DNA of 64,000 bases. Origin: Felis catus. Lineage: Eukaryota. The notes beneath the pieces were generated by a model. It did not search any database. It had not been told where the DNA came from and was given only the letters and a program-made list of their open reading frames with translations. This document shows positions 24,596 to 37,199 of the stretch, in pieces. The stretch lies in contig NC_058368.1 in assembly GCF_018350175.1 (NCBI RefSeq), positions 63,180,001 to 63,244,000 of the forward strand. The letters run 5' to 3'. Made by a program: the position numbers and the translations under genes. The stretch's first letter is position 1. Each line of letters opens with the position of its first letter.

Positions 24596-24838
24596 TATTT
24601 TTTTTTATTTTTTAAAAAATGTTTATTTATTTTTGAGAGAGAGTGTGTGTGCATACCACATGAGCAGTGGTGCACACAAGACGGGGGGCGGGGGTGGGGT
24701 GGGGGCAGACAGGGAGACAGAGGAGCTAATGCAGGCTCTGTACTGACAGCAGAGAGCCCAATGTGGGGCTAGAACTCACGAACACGAGCTCATGACCTGA
24801 GCCAAAGTTGGAGGCCTGACTGAGCCACCCAGGGGCCC
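24596..24838 (-). mobile_element. CAN-SINE
   Basis: Head reversed, ending GGGGCCC at 24838. Confidence 0.9.
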
Positions 24839-25218
24839 AGAAAAATCTCTATTTTAGTCTTATAAAAGAAATAAACATTATTTAGAAACTCATAGGAGCA
24901 TAAAATAATTTTAGAAAATGAGAAAAATTTAGAATTTTTATAAAATGAGGAAATTTGAGTGACAGTGTGCAAAACATCAAATTAAAAATTAATTAATAGT
25001 TGGATGCTTCCTAATTCTATCCTCCAATTGGTTCATTTTTTTAAACTTTGAGATGCACTGAATTAGTTGAGATAATGTATGCTTAATTAATTAATCCTAA
25101 ATGTAAAACCAAGAATTGAATAGATGCTGGTGGTATCTGGAAGATTTTAGATAATATGGCAGTGATTTAACAGAAATAGTCCCCTGAAGGAAATATATGT
25201 TAAGAATCATTTATCACA

Positions 25219-25390
25219 GGGTCACCTGGGTGGTTCAGTTGGTTAAGCAACAACTCCTGATTTTGGCTCAGGTCATGATCTCACAGTTCATAATTTCGAG
25301 CCTCAAGTCAGGCTCTGTGTTGACAGCTTGGAGCCTGCTTGGGATTCTCTCTCTTCCTCTCTGCCCTTTCCCTGCTCGCTCGCTCGCTCA

Positions 25391-25428
<38 letters not shown>

Positions 25429-25461
25429 AATAAATGAATGTGTTTTTTTAATTGAAAAAAG
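25219..25461 (+). mobile_element. CAN-SINE
   Basis: TSD AAGAATCATTTATCACA/AAGAATCACTTATTACA. Confidence 0.95.
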
Positions 25462-25783
25462 AAGAATCACTTATTACAGCTCTGAATCATGTTTTTTAGC
25501 CATCAATCACAGGTTAAAGTATATAAATTGATCCCAATTCAACTCAGAGTGGCTGAAGTCAGCTGTGATGATTCATGTTAATTCATAATAACCTAATGTA
25601 GACAGTGAAGTACAAATGCCATCCCAGTGTCGAATCTACCAATGAAAATTCTGACTGGAAGGTTGATACATCCATTTCTCAACTTGATCCATACTTTCAC
25701 AGGATTCTCCTACTCCACAAAACTATTTACACAATTTCTTGGGATTCATAAATTCATATATAAACCAGTTTCCTGGGAGACAG

Positions 25784-26229
25784 TGCTGCAGAAGTATCTT
25801 GGGTTTCTCCACATCCTGCATAAAGAGCACTGGTATCCTTTGGTCACATTTGGACAGTGAACAGCCTTGGAAGATAGAGATAGTGTCTCTCTGCAGCAAA
25901 GGGTGGGTTTGCTAACTGCCTGTAAGAATAGACTCAAGTTCCAAACTCAGGGGTCCTCTCCTGTAACACAGCCCAGTGTAGGTGCAGATAATACTTGGCC
26001 CTCTCTTTTTCACCATGTAGGATCAGGGAGACAATGAAGAAACTTGGAGATGTGGAGAACTGTAGGAAATGGTGATATTTGAACTACTGCTCTGCTGGGA
26101 GTAGTAATGTTTTTTTGTCTCTGTCACAGGAATCTTGTGGCTTCTGCCAGCAAGCCATGTAACCACAGCAGTTTACCTTACTAGCCTGCAAGTCAGCTAA
26201 AAACCTCAAACTTCACAGTTCTTGATACA
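25784..26229 (+). mobile_element. ERVL-type solo LTR (MER54/MER73/LTR53 group)
   Basis: TG...CA ends; CAGCCTTGGAAGATAGAGATAGTGTCTC and terminal CTAGCCTGCAAGT...AAAACCTCAAACTTCACAGTTCTTGATACA resemble this group. Confidence 0.65.
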
Positions 26230-27258
26230 ATTCCACTTAAAACCTTCATTATTTGCCTGTCAACTCTATTCCAGAGCAGAAAAGCCAAAATTTGTTTGGG
26301 AGATAGTATAAGCTGGACAATACCAGATCGTTCAGTTGTTTTAACAAAAGCAGAATGTAGGAAATTTATACTCAATAATTTTTAGTTGCTCTAAATATGT
26401 TGGTATTATTTCCTAAAATAAATGTTTTTATAGGAAATTCAGATAATAAAGAGTTTTATGCAATTAATATAAAACATTAAAGATAAAATACACAAAGAAT
26501 GTCAGTGAGATTATACATTTACTCCAAAATTTTCAGCTTTTTAAGCTACTAGATTAATTTCTTAACTGCATGATTTGGAAACCAAACATACATTTTTTTT
26601 CATAGATCAAGAATACACATTTCAGCCTAAAATCTAAGAAAAAGCCAATGCTCATTAAACTAATGTTCATCATCATAATGGTAGAAATTCAAAGATATGC
26701 CAACTATGAATGTTAGAGAAAACACAACACAATTTATCTTTAGCCAATTTAAGTAAACAGTATTTTGATAAGCTGAAAGCCTTATGGAGTAGTCTTAAGA
26801 AAAGGTGCCAATGCAGGTATAGCCTACTCATTTAAAGATTGCTGGTTCAGAGACTTTACTGTGACATGTACTTAGCAAAGCAGTCATTATTAAATCCAGT
26901 TTCTGGGTCGAATCAATAGTCATGGATAAGATGCCTTCAAAAGAACATGTATCATTTTGTGCAGTTTTGAAGTGCCACTTGCAATAAATGTAGCCGTGTC
27001 CTTAATCTTTTTGGAAAAAAAAAAAACAAAGTGTATTATTGTTCCTATAATGACAGGAATGGCAATTATTAGACTGTATTTCTAGGAGGCCAAACCTATT
27101 TTTTTTTCATTGATACCTCAATATCAACACAATTACTTTGCTTTGGAGAAAAAAAATGTTGACTTTAGAATGTCAGAGCCTGGAAATATTTTTTCCTCAG
27201 GACTTAATTTCAAGGACTCTCATTTGGAGCATTTTGAAGAATTCTGTCAGGAATTACA

Positions 27259-27260
<2 letters not shown>

Positions 27261-27298
<38 letters not shown>
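27261..27298 (+). repeat. (CA)19 microsatellite
   Basis: Counted directly. Confidence 0.95.
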
Positions 27299-27300
<2 letters not shown>

Positions 27301-27645
27301 TGAAAAGGTACTTGCTTATTCATAAAGCTAGGTTTACTAGCTAAATATACTAATAATCAAAGACACACATTATATGAACAAACACAGCCAAAAGATAGCT
27401 TCACATTAACAGCTCTATGTGTAAACAAATACCTTTCTTTTTAAGTTCTGTGATAAGCACATAGGTGCTATACAATGAAATAAGAGTCAAAGCAACTCTG
27501 AAATTCTTAATTATATAATAGTAATATTACATTTTCTTTTCCTTATTACATCTATGTTTTGAATAACTCAATATTTTGTGTTATGTATTTTATTATTTTT
27601 TCCTTCTCATCTGTGAACTTATATGCTAAAATGCAGTGATGCCAA

Positions 27646-27878
27646 GGGGTGCCTGGGTGGCTCAGTCGGTTAAGTGTCTGAATTTGCCCAGGTCATGATC
27701 TTGTGGTTCCTGAGTTGGAGCCTCGCATCAGGCTCTGTGCTAAAAGCTCAGAGCCTGGAGCCTGCTTCAGACTCTGTGTCTCCCTCCCTCTCTGCCCCTC
27801 CTCTGCTCATACTCTGTCTCTCTCTCTCAATAAGTCAGTAAGTAAATAAATAAATAAACATTAATTTTTTTTAATGTT
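27646..27878 (+). mobile_element. CAN-SINE
   Basis: TSD TAAAATGCAGTGATG(C/A)CA. Confidence 0.95.
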
Positions 27879-28604
27879 TAAAATGCAGTGATGACATAAT
27901 AAAATATAAAATTTTCTAAATAGTTTAAAATTTTGTATTTTTTTGGTCTTGGAAACTATTTTTTGATAACAGAAAACATATCCAAAGAAATATAAAGTCA
28001 GTCAATATGACTCCTTTTATGTATAAATATGTGAATGTACAAGTAAGCATATACATTAACTGTGAGGTTCAATATATAAAATCAATTGAGAAAGGGAAAC
28101 TAGAAAAATGTTATCCTCAGTTTTATTACAGGAAGTTCAAGAAAAATTATGCTAAAGACTCACACATAATGTAAATCCTTTCCTTCCCACGTTATTTTTG
28201 GCACGGAGCATACTTGACCTAAATGCACAGACCCTCGATCCAACTCCTTTGTAGTTTAGGAAACTTACCGATCTTCTTTATCCCATTTGTCAAAAATGCA
28301 AAAAGCAAAAATGTAAAAAGCAAAATGCAGCTGAATTTAATACTGAGATGATGTAAAAGCAATTGATAAATCAACTATGAAAAGCAGTTTTCCTCGGTCT
28401 CAACGTGTTGAATTTGATAATTAGCTAGACTGGTTTAATCGAAAATTATAATTTTCTGTTTTTGATGAAAGGCTTTCCAGCCAATCCTAGCTAGGGAAGA
28501 AAGGGCTAATAATTAATTGCAAATGTATACATTAAATGTCAGCATGACATTATTTTTAAGAAAGCGATATGATATAACCAGTGACATATTTGGCATGGGG
28601 CTTT

Positions 28605-28690
28605 GTTGTCAGAGAAACATAAGCACATCTGAACCCCAACTCTGACAGTCATTATTTACATGAGTTGGAAATTACTTAACTTCTCTGAGC
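28605..28690 (+). mobile_element. MIR fragment
   Basis: ...TGAGTTGGAAATTACTTAACTTCTCTGAGC matches the MIR core. Confidence 0.55.
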
Positions 28691-29737
28691 TTTGGTGGGG
28701 GTGGTGGAGAAACTATTTAAAGTCAAAACAGTGTATTTTCCCTTTTGCCATTAGGAAGTTATCGGGCTGGGCATAGGAGGCATCATTCATAGAAGACGGA
28801 AAATAAATCTCAAAACTGCTCCATTCAACCTACCTAGGACTGAGAAGGAATGGGATAAAGACCTTTCAAATTTTGGCCAGTTCTCTGGTGCTTCCGGGTA
28901 GTAACAGCAGTGGAGGACTGTGTCTTCAACAAGAACATCAATCATTTGGGGTAAGGCCACTGTGAGTCCAGATTCTCATTAGAAATAGAAAGTTAAATTG
29001 TTCTGGCTGATAATATTAGGATATTCAATTACATAGAAAAGCCCCAGTGGGGGGTATCTGAAAGAGAAGCACGTGAAGTGAGTTAAGGGATGAGGTAGTA
29101 GGCTGGGAAGATCAATTTTTGAAGTGTCTGGAGCCTACAAAATAAAATGTCCTATGAGAAATTTGGGACAATAAAAAGCCTTTTAGCAATATAATACATA
29201 ATAAAGAAGTAACATTAATACAATAATTAATATTAATTTTCTGCAATGTAAACCTTATCCACAACCAGGATAGTCCCATTTTGTCAAAGTACCTTATGGG
29301 TACATGCCTGTTGCTCTGGTTATACTTCATCAGTCCGCCTCCGATTTCCAGCACATCTGTGGAGATAGCTCCACCAAGCCTGAGCATACTAACCAGAGCC
29401 ACCCTACATGCCTGTACCCCCATCCTGGGGCATTCTCCCCAGAGCCTTCTCACATGCCATGGAAGCTTGTTCATCCTGACACAACCCAGCCCAGAATGCG
29501 GCTAAGTGTGCACAGCCATGCCAGCCTCCAGCCATTGGGGACAGGAGATGGCGAACCGTTGCCAGCAGGCTGGGGCAGAAAAAAGGCTTAACGAAGTTTG
29601 GACTCCAAGCCAAACTTGGATCTTGAGAAGCACTAACATTCCTGTATGAAGTGTGACAGGAGGTTTGACACAATCTTATGCATAACTCAAATCATAGGGT
29701 AACCTTAACCAACTTATGGTTAAACAGTGGGCTCCCA

Positions 29738-29875
29738 GGGGCACCTGGGAGGCTCAATCAGTTAAGTGTAAGACTTCGGCTCAGGTCATGATCTTGTGGT
29801 TTGTGAGTTCAAGCCCCGCATCGGGCTCTGTGCTGACAGCTCACAGCCTGGAGCCTGCTTCAGATTCTGTGTAAA
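29738..29875 (+). mobile_element. 3'-truncated CAN-SINE with TSD
   Basis: Stops at GATTCTGTGT plus a few A; TSD AAACAGTGGGCTC(C/A)CA at 29722-29737/29876-29891. Confidence 0.9.
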
Positions 29876-30795
29876 AAACAGTGGGCTCACAATCAGTGGA
29901 AGAAGATTAATGTAATAAAGCTGATTGTAATGGTAAGAGTTTTGCATTCTGAACCAGATTATTACCGTCAAGATCTTAACACTCAGATTCAGCCGATGAA
30001 TTTCCAAACTTCAGTTTGCTTTTGTTAGCAAGTATAAATTTTAGTGAGATATTCCCCAGTTCAGGGGTGGCATATTTTGAATCTTAGGGCTGTTCTAGGA
30101 GTTGGTAACAGTCTGTCTTTCAAAACTCACTATTTCCTGAAACTCCCATTCATTACTATCTGAGCCAGATTATTGTATTTATATACATTTTGCATCTTAC
30201 CATTCCTTATATTTGGAATATCCATCATCTTTATGTTTTGTTTTGTTTCTGTAATACCTATCCATCTCCCCAGGCCTGCCTGAATAGTACATCATCAGTA
30301 AGAACTCCTGAACCAGACCAGGCTGCATCTGTAAGCTTCATGGTAGTCATTTACCTCTTAGTAAAATTGTTTATATTTTTGAATTTCTCCCATATCACAG
30401 GACACTAGTTATGGATTCAATCATCTTTTACTCATATATTTTCTGCATAGAGTTGAAGGTTAGACTTGATCAACTTGTTAGTCTCCTTCAATATGCTGAG
30501 TAAATTTTACATCCAAGCATGTTGTTACCAGCCTTTCTTACTGGCCTCCAAATTTTGTTGTGCCCCGTTCCACAAACCACCATTTCACTCATCTATTGTG
30601 AAGCCTCATTTTGACTTTTGTCTCTAAAATAAATACCGACCTGTCACCAACATTTTGTTTTCACCCGGATTCTTACGTCTCCTCGTCTTTATAGGATAAA
30701 CACACATACAGTTTTGTTTAGAACGTCTCTACATTAAGCCTCTCATACAAATGTAATTATAGCATCCCCTTTTAATCTTAAAAGTTTCCAAGTTT

Positions 30796-30918
30796 GGGGC
30801 ACCTGGGCGGCTCAGTTGGTTAAGCATCCGACTCTTGATTTCAGCTCAGGTCATGATCCCAGGGTCTTGGGATGGAGTCCTGCATCAGACTCTGCACTGA
30901 GTGTGGAGCCTGCTTAAG

Positions 30919-30976
<58 letters not shown>

Positions 30977-31174
30977 CGTCTGGGTGGCTCAGTTGGTTGA
31001 GCATGTGAATTTGGCTCAGGTCATAATCTCATGGTTTGTGGGTTTGAGCCCCACATTGGGCTCTACACTGACAGCTTGAAGCCTGAAGCCTGCTTCAGAT
31101 TCTGGTGTCTCCCTCTCTCCCTGTCCCTCCCCTACGTGTGCTCTATCTCTCAAAAATAAGTAAATATTTTAAAA

Positions 31175-31217
<43 letters not shown>

Positions 31218-31345
31218 TCCCTCCCTCCCTCCCTCTCTCTCTCTCTCTCTCCCTCCCTCCCTCCCTTCCTCCCTCTCTCTCTCTCCGTCTGCCCCTCTCC
31301 CCTGCTCATGCTCTCTGTCTCTAAAAGAATAAAAAATAAATTTAA
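30796..31345 (+). mobile_element. CAN-SINE (outer) with a second CAN-SINE nested at 30975-31173
   Basis: Outer head at 30796, its CT tract split by a second head and tail; duplicated AAGAT(T)CTCTCT; outer TSD AAGTT(T/G)CCA(A/G)GTTT. Confidence 0.9.
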
Positions 31346-32339
31346 AGAAGTTGCCAGGTTTGGAGAATAGATTATACATTCATCTTATTTATACAGATCA
31401 CATGCTTTGTTGCTTTTCCTTCTTCTCCGTGCTTCACTTCTTCCCACACTGTGTTGCATATTATATACCCACTATTGCAGAATATATAATATTTTTAAAG
31501 TGAGGGAAATTGTCATGTAGAATGATGTAACATAATCAGTTTGCTCCGGGCACACAGAAAGACTTTCCTGTGACCAACATTATAAATGTCTGAGCATTAT
31601 TAAGTCTGAAAAGCGGACACAAACCAGAATGGGTGGGAAGAGAGATTGCATTTGGCACAGCTTCAAAAACATCATTTCAGGAAGAAAAATCCAATTCAAT
31701 TTTCAGAATGACTGGTTAGACCAATCCATGACAGGTCTATATAATCAATATCTACTGCCACTTACCTTGGCAGCATTCCTGGAGAGATCATTTTCCAAAA
31801 TTGTCCTCTTCTCAGCCACTTTCCATTGTGTTTTATGTAAATTATTTTGGCTTGTCTACTGTATCTTTTTTTTTTTTTTGCTTCTACTACAACAAAGAAC
31901 TTAACCAAAGTATTGCATTAAGTATGAAATGATAGATACGTTTCAATTCCTGCATGCATTTCAATTCTTTGTGCAGTTAGTTTTAATGTGATTCTAAATT
32001 ATGAGAGATAGATCAAAACATTTCCCATTTTCAGGTTTCATGCGGAAAATTCTAACCCGACACTAACACCAAGTATTTCTATCTCTATTATTTGCCCACT
32101 TTTACAAATGGGCATGCACACTCCTTCCGTACCCCATGCAGAAGCATGTCTAGACCTCCCCCTTGAAGGAATTTGTATTTTCCTGGCCAGCAAAGTTTTT
32201 CTGGCAGCAAACTCAGCCACTGGTTAAGGAACTATAGGTTTTCTCCAAAATTATCTCTGATAAGTGCCCTCAGATCAAAGGACAAGCACCCCCGGTTAAT
32301 ATTTGAGGCTATTAAACAGAAAATGGATCCAGAATTGCT

Positions 32340-32842
32340 TTCACTCCTCCACTTCAAGACACCTCGTAATCCTCACCAGCTTCCCGTAGCTAGGAGAACA
32401 AACTCTGAATCTAGATCCCTGGCTGCAAAGTCCTTGCATGGTCTGAATGCTGCCCCCAGCTCATCTACTCTCCACGAACACCATGTTCTAGCCACACTGG
32501 CCTCCTTTCTGTTGCTGAAAGAAGATGCTAATCCCTTTCCCTTTTCTGCCCAGAGAACTTTCTTCTCAGCCCTTCCAGTAAAAGGCTCATTCTCATGCTA
32601 CAGTTTCTCAGCTCAAGGGTCACCTCCCTGGAGAAGCCTTTCCTGACTGCATCACAGAATTCCTCCAGTTTATTTCTTTCACTGCCCTCTTAATTTCTCC
32701 ATATCTCTTATCACAATTAATTTTCTTACATGCTTACTTAATTCGTTGTTATCTGCCCATAAGGGACTCTATCTGTCTTTTTTACCCCAACATCCCAGTG
32801 GCTAGTATATAATGGGTGATCAGTGAATATCTGTTACATAAA
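32340..32842 (+). mobile_element. L2 3' fragment
   Basis: TCACTCCTCCACTTCAAGAC...CTAGCCACACTGGCCTCC...TCAGTGAATATCTGTTACATAAATGA. Confidence 0.75.
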
Positions 32843-33559
32843 TGACAGCCCTAAACAAGACTGATAACAGGCAATGTTTCTCATGGCATCATTTTTTCCA
32901 CCTCCATTTCTGCTACTATCTAGCACCTCTCCAGTCAAGCTATCAATTCCCACCAAATCGCTGGATCTCAACATTGGTTGTTGTGAGAAAAAAATTAATG
33001 CAGCTAACCTCTGATCTATGGCAGGGCAGGATGATGAATGAGGGAAGGGGCACACTGGAGGAGATGAAAAAAGGCAGGTGACATTGTTTAATCCTCACGT
33101 CAATTGGACCTCCAGATAAATAGACCAATAATATTTAATAGGAGAAACACACTTTTTGTCTGAAATGCCCTTAGCAAGCTATCCCTGGTTAACAATTGCT
33201 GAAAGTAAAAAAAATAAAAATAAAAACAAAACAAAACCTAGGATCTGTAAGCCATGGATAATGTTACACGTGCTACATCACATATGAAATTTGTCTGCTT
33301 AATAGTTTGAATACCCTAGCATGGGAGGCGATTCCTGCAAACTCACATGGACGTATCATCTATTATTTGGGTATAAAGCTCATATCCATTAAGGCAAGAA
33401 AGGACCTGAGGATCCATTCATAAGTCCCCACACCTCTCTTTGCTCTGTCTGCACCTCCTGATGGCCTGTTATCTTTGAAAGTATTTAGTAAAAGTGAATA
33501 ATGAGTAGGATATCGGATTTATGAAAATCTGATTCGACTATCCAATCATGTGTGTTCAC

Positions 33560-33702
33560 TCAGCTGTGAATTAGAATCCCGTGGGTAGTTTTATTTTTTT
33601 TCAATATATGAAGTTTATTGTCAAATTGGTTTCCATTTCTTTTTAATATATGATTTTTTTTTCAATATATGACCATGGGTAGTTTTAAAAATACCAGTGT
33701 CC
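33560..33702. mobile_element. MER5-type hAT fragment interrupted by a micro-L1
   Basis: CAGCTGTGAATTAGAATCCCGTGGGTAGTTTTAAAAATACCAGTGTCC after removing the insert. Confidence 0.55.
33594..33672 (-). mobile_element. Extremely truncated felid L1 3' end with TSD
   Basis: Reverse complement ATGGAAACCAATTTGACAATAAA matches the L1 end at 43333-43355; TSD CC(G/A)TGGGTAGTTTTA at 33579-33593/33673-33687. Confidence 0.85.
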
Positions 33703-33824
33703 AAGAATTGTAGGAGGAAAGAAAGAGAGTCTGCTGAAGTTTGGTTTTCTATTATATGAGCCTGGCCTGGGGTTCAGGTGATACCAATTGTACGTGATAC
33801 GTAAGAGCTTCAGGTAATATCAAA

Positions 33825-34615
33825 AGCAGGATTTGAATAGCTGCCCCCCCTCCCGCAAGAGGTGTTGTCTACCGCCTCACTCCTGCAACCTATTGTCTTC
33901 ATAAGCTCTGGCTGCCAAAACAAATTACCATAGACTGGCTAGCTTAGACAACAGGCATTTTATTTTCTCACAGTCCTCCTAGAAGCTAGAAATCTTTCAT
34001 GAACATGCCAGGAGATTCAGTTCCCAGTAAGAACACTTTCCCTGGCTTGCAGATGGCTGCCTTCTTCTTTGTCCTCACAATGGAGTGGGAGAGAGAGAGA
34101 GACAGAGCTCTCTGGTGTCCCTTCTTATAAGAATGCTAAACCCATTGGGAGGACTCCGCCCTCATTACTTCATCTAAACCTAATTAACTGCCAATGGCAC
34201 TGTCTCCAAATACCATCATATTAGAGGTTAGGGTTTCAATATATGAATTTTGGGAGGACACGATTCAGTCCACATTACCTTTGAATGTGACCTTACATAG
34301 AATAAAAGGTATTTGCAGATATTAAGGATCTTGAGAGATCTTGGATTATGCAGGTGGGCCCTAAATCCAATGAAAGTTGTCTTAGAAGAGAAAGGCAGAG
34401 GGAGATTAAGCACATAGAGGAAAAGGCCATGGAAACACACAGACAGGGATTGGAGTCATATAGCCCCAAGCCAAGGAATAACCCGTAGCCAACAAAAGCT
34501 GGAACGTGCAAGGATTGTTTCTCCCTTAGAGCCACCAGAGACAGCACAGCCCACTGACATTGATTTTGGATTTCTGGCATCCAGAGCTATGAGACCAACT
34601 TCTCCTGTAAGCCAA
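33825..34615 (+). mobile_element. MaLR LTR (MLT1C-like) split by an MLT1A-like insertion
   Basis: 5' part 33825-33892 resumes at 34278 with TGAATGTGACCTTA...GGATTATGCAGGTGGGCCCTAAATCCAATGA. Confidence 0.75.
33894..34277 (-). mobile_element. MaLR LTR (MLT1A-like)
   Basis: GGCTGCCAAAACAAATTACCATAGACTGG...CTTGCAGATGGCTGCCTTC...TATGAATTTTGGGAGGACACGATTCAGTCC. Confidence 0.85.
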
Positions 34616-34659
34616 GAAAGGAAAAACAAACAAACAAACAAACAAACAAACCACTGTTC

Positions 34660-34772
34660 AAATCCACCCCAATCCAATTAAATCATTATCTGCTAGAAGT
34701 GAAGTCTCGGCACTGCTATTGTTTTAAGCCCCCAAAGTAGTAACGCTGACATATAATCAAGGTTGAGAAGCT
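34660..34772. mobile_element. MER5-type hAT fragment
   Basis: CCACCCCAATCCAATTAAATCA...CAAGGTTGAGAAGC. Confidence 0.5.
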
Positions 34773-35529
34773 CAAACTTGAACTGTTACTCCTTCCAGAG
34801 CTATTTTCATTTTAATGAGGGTTTCTGCATCCTGAAAGACCAAAAATAGTCTTGACCTTCTAAAAAATAATGCCCAGTGGCAGATTATTTGTACTAAGGA
34901 ATGTACTAGAAACTAGGGGTAGTGACAATATACATTAGAGACCTCTGGATCCTTTAAAATATATTGTCACTTTTATTCTGAGTTAGTGAAATGACTGGAA
35001 AAGAATTTCTTGAAATAAATTTGAAAAATAGGCTGAGGAGCACTATGAAACAAGGAAGCATTTTTATTTCTTGATATTGCACTAGCAATAATGACTCTAA
35101 ATCAGTCTATAGAGTTACATCAAAAACATGTTTTTTTTTCCTTTTTTTATGCAATAATTTCCTATAGTTTTTCTTTCCTAATCGATCATCCCAATCAATA
35201 GTGAATAAATCTAGCTATACCAAATGAAATAAAGAAGCAAATAATCATAGCCTTACAGGGAAATAGAGACAGTTCATCTCACCCCAATCCTTTCCTTTTA
35301 ACCTGCTGTCAGAAGGCAATGCAGACGGCCACCTCTTCAACTCTATTTCTTAAGAAAAGAATTAGTCATACATATTGTTAAACTGGCTTCATTTCCAAAG
35401 AATAAATGAGAGATGAACTGCATTGAACAAAGGGACATCACTACACTCAGAAAGCCATTTGCTTGCAACAGGAAATCAATGTAAAGCAGTCTTACAACAT
35501 TGCATGACATTAAATGTCTATAATCACTT

Positions 35530-36350
35530 TATTCTGCTTAAGTTGTATAGATGTGTTCCGCCAGCATTCTCCCTCTGTAATCTCTCCCTAGGAAAACTCA
35601 TCTCCTTTCACACCCGCAGGGATCACTTATAAACTAATAGCTCGCAAATCCCCATCTCTATCCCTGGCATCCCTTCTAAGCCCTGGGGGCTGTTTGGTGC
35701 AGTGACTAAGGAGGTGTATACAGGCTTTGGAGTCAGAGTGTCTGTGCTCAACTCCCAGCCACCACGCATAGGCCGAATTACATCTTCAATAAGCCTCACT
35801 TCCATCCTCCTTGAATTGAGAAATTGCACACAGCCCACCCCAGTGCCCAGCAACAAGTAAGCACTTGATAAGTGTTATATTTACTTTAATTATCATCATT
35901 AAGCCTCGCCCCACAGGTGTCCCAGGAATACCTTAAATACACAATTGTCCAAAGCTGAATTCATTATTTTCCCCCAATACTCGATTCCTCTCTGTGAGTT
36001 CCACCGTATTCGGTGCCATCATCCTACCAATTATAAGCCCCCCAGGGAATCATTTTTTAAATTCCTCCCCCCCCCTAATTTCCCTCTTGTGTTTAGTTAC
36101 CCCATTCTGCTGCTCTACGTCTGCAGGTTCTTATTAATCCATCTTTATCCATTTTCATGATATGACCTGAATTCAGGCCATTGTCACTTCGCAACCTCCT
36201 TGTAGATGGTCTCCTGGATTCCAATCTCTTGTCCTCACATTGCTGCCTGATTTCTCCCAGCAACAGAGATGTGAACTAAAATAACTCTCCAATGTAATCC
36301 AAATGCTTTACTTCACATGTCATCCCAGGACTTTCAAAATCAGGCCCCAA
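35530..36350 (+). mobile_element. L2 fragment with a MIR inserted at ~35700-35900
   Basis: L2 body motifs (ATGTCCAAAGCTGAATTCAT-like, TTCAGGCCATTGTCACT) flanking GGCTTTGGAGTCAGA...AAGCACTTGATAAGTGTTA. Confidence 0.6.
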
Positions 36351-37199
36351 TCAGCCTATCAAACGTCGTCTTTCTTAAAGTCTACTTAGAAGAATCTCAA
36401 CCTCCCCCTACTTGTGATAAATGATACTAATAAGAGTCACCTACTCCTGTGGGTATTTTAAGAGATAAACATAATGACCTGACCACTGACTGTGAATCCC
36501 TACCTCAGGCAAACTGGATAGAATACAAGTGAAATCAATGTTTTATGCGTATATAATCTTAATGTGATTGTAGTTTATATGTCTTAAAGCAAATTATGTG
36601 TAAACTTTGGCACTTTATAATTAGTTTTAAATGGATTACCAGATTTTTATCTCCTATTCAATCTTAATAAGCTTCTGGAGGCTATATTAGGATGAGTAAT
36701 GCTAGCCAGCAACCTAAAACTTAAATTAAACCTAAATGTCTATTGTGATACCTCCTAGTATGCTCTTTTCTTTCAGTATTCTTCCCAAAACACCTTACAC
36801 CATAGCCTACAACCTCACATCTCTGGAATACCTAAGCATATGGTGTTCCCTCTGTCTCCCATGCCTTATGTGCCCTTTCTTATTCTTATTTATTTACACT
36901 TATCCTTCCACTCTTAATGAGTATCCTCTCTTTGAATGTTCTTTTTCTTCCACAATTAATATCATGACTTATTTCGTGTTTCAAACCTATTTTAGTTATT
37001 CAGTAATGCTACATTTTAATGGGCAGCAGCATGCTTTAATTTAGTACAGGCTAGGAACTTGGATCTGTGACAAGCCAGTTACCAGCTGTGAGAATGACTG
37101 ATTCTCTCCTCCCCTTGCCCACCCCCTCCTTTGAGGTGACTGCCAACAGGGATAGATTCCATTCCGTTCCACAGAGCGGCACACAAAGTGGCTCCATGT

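Noticed and set aside
29112..29673. Cluster of overlapping ORFs in a GC-richer patch
   Set aside because: No recognisable protein; likely an old repeat that I cannot name
32173..32646. 157-aa plus-strand ORF
   Set aside because: Mostly overlaps a decayed L2; non-ATG start and no recognisable domain
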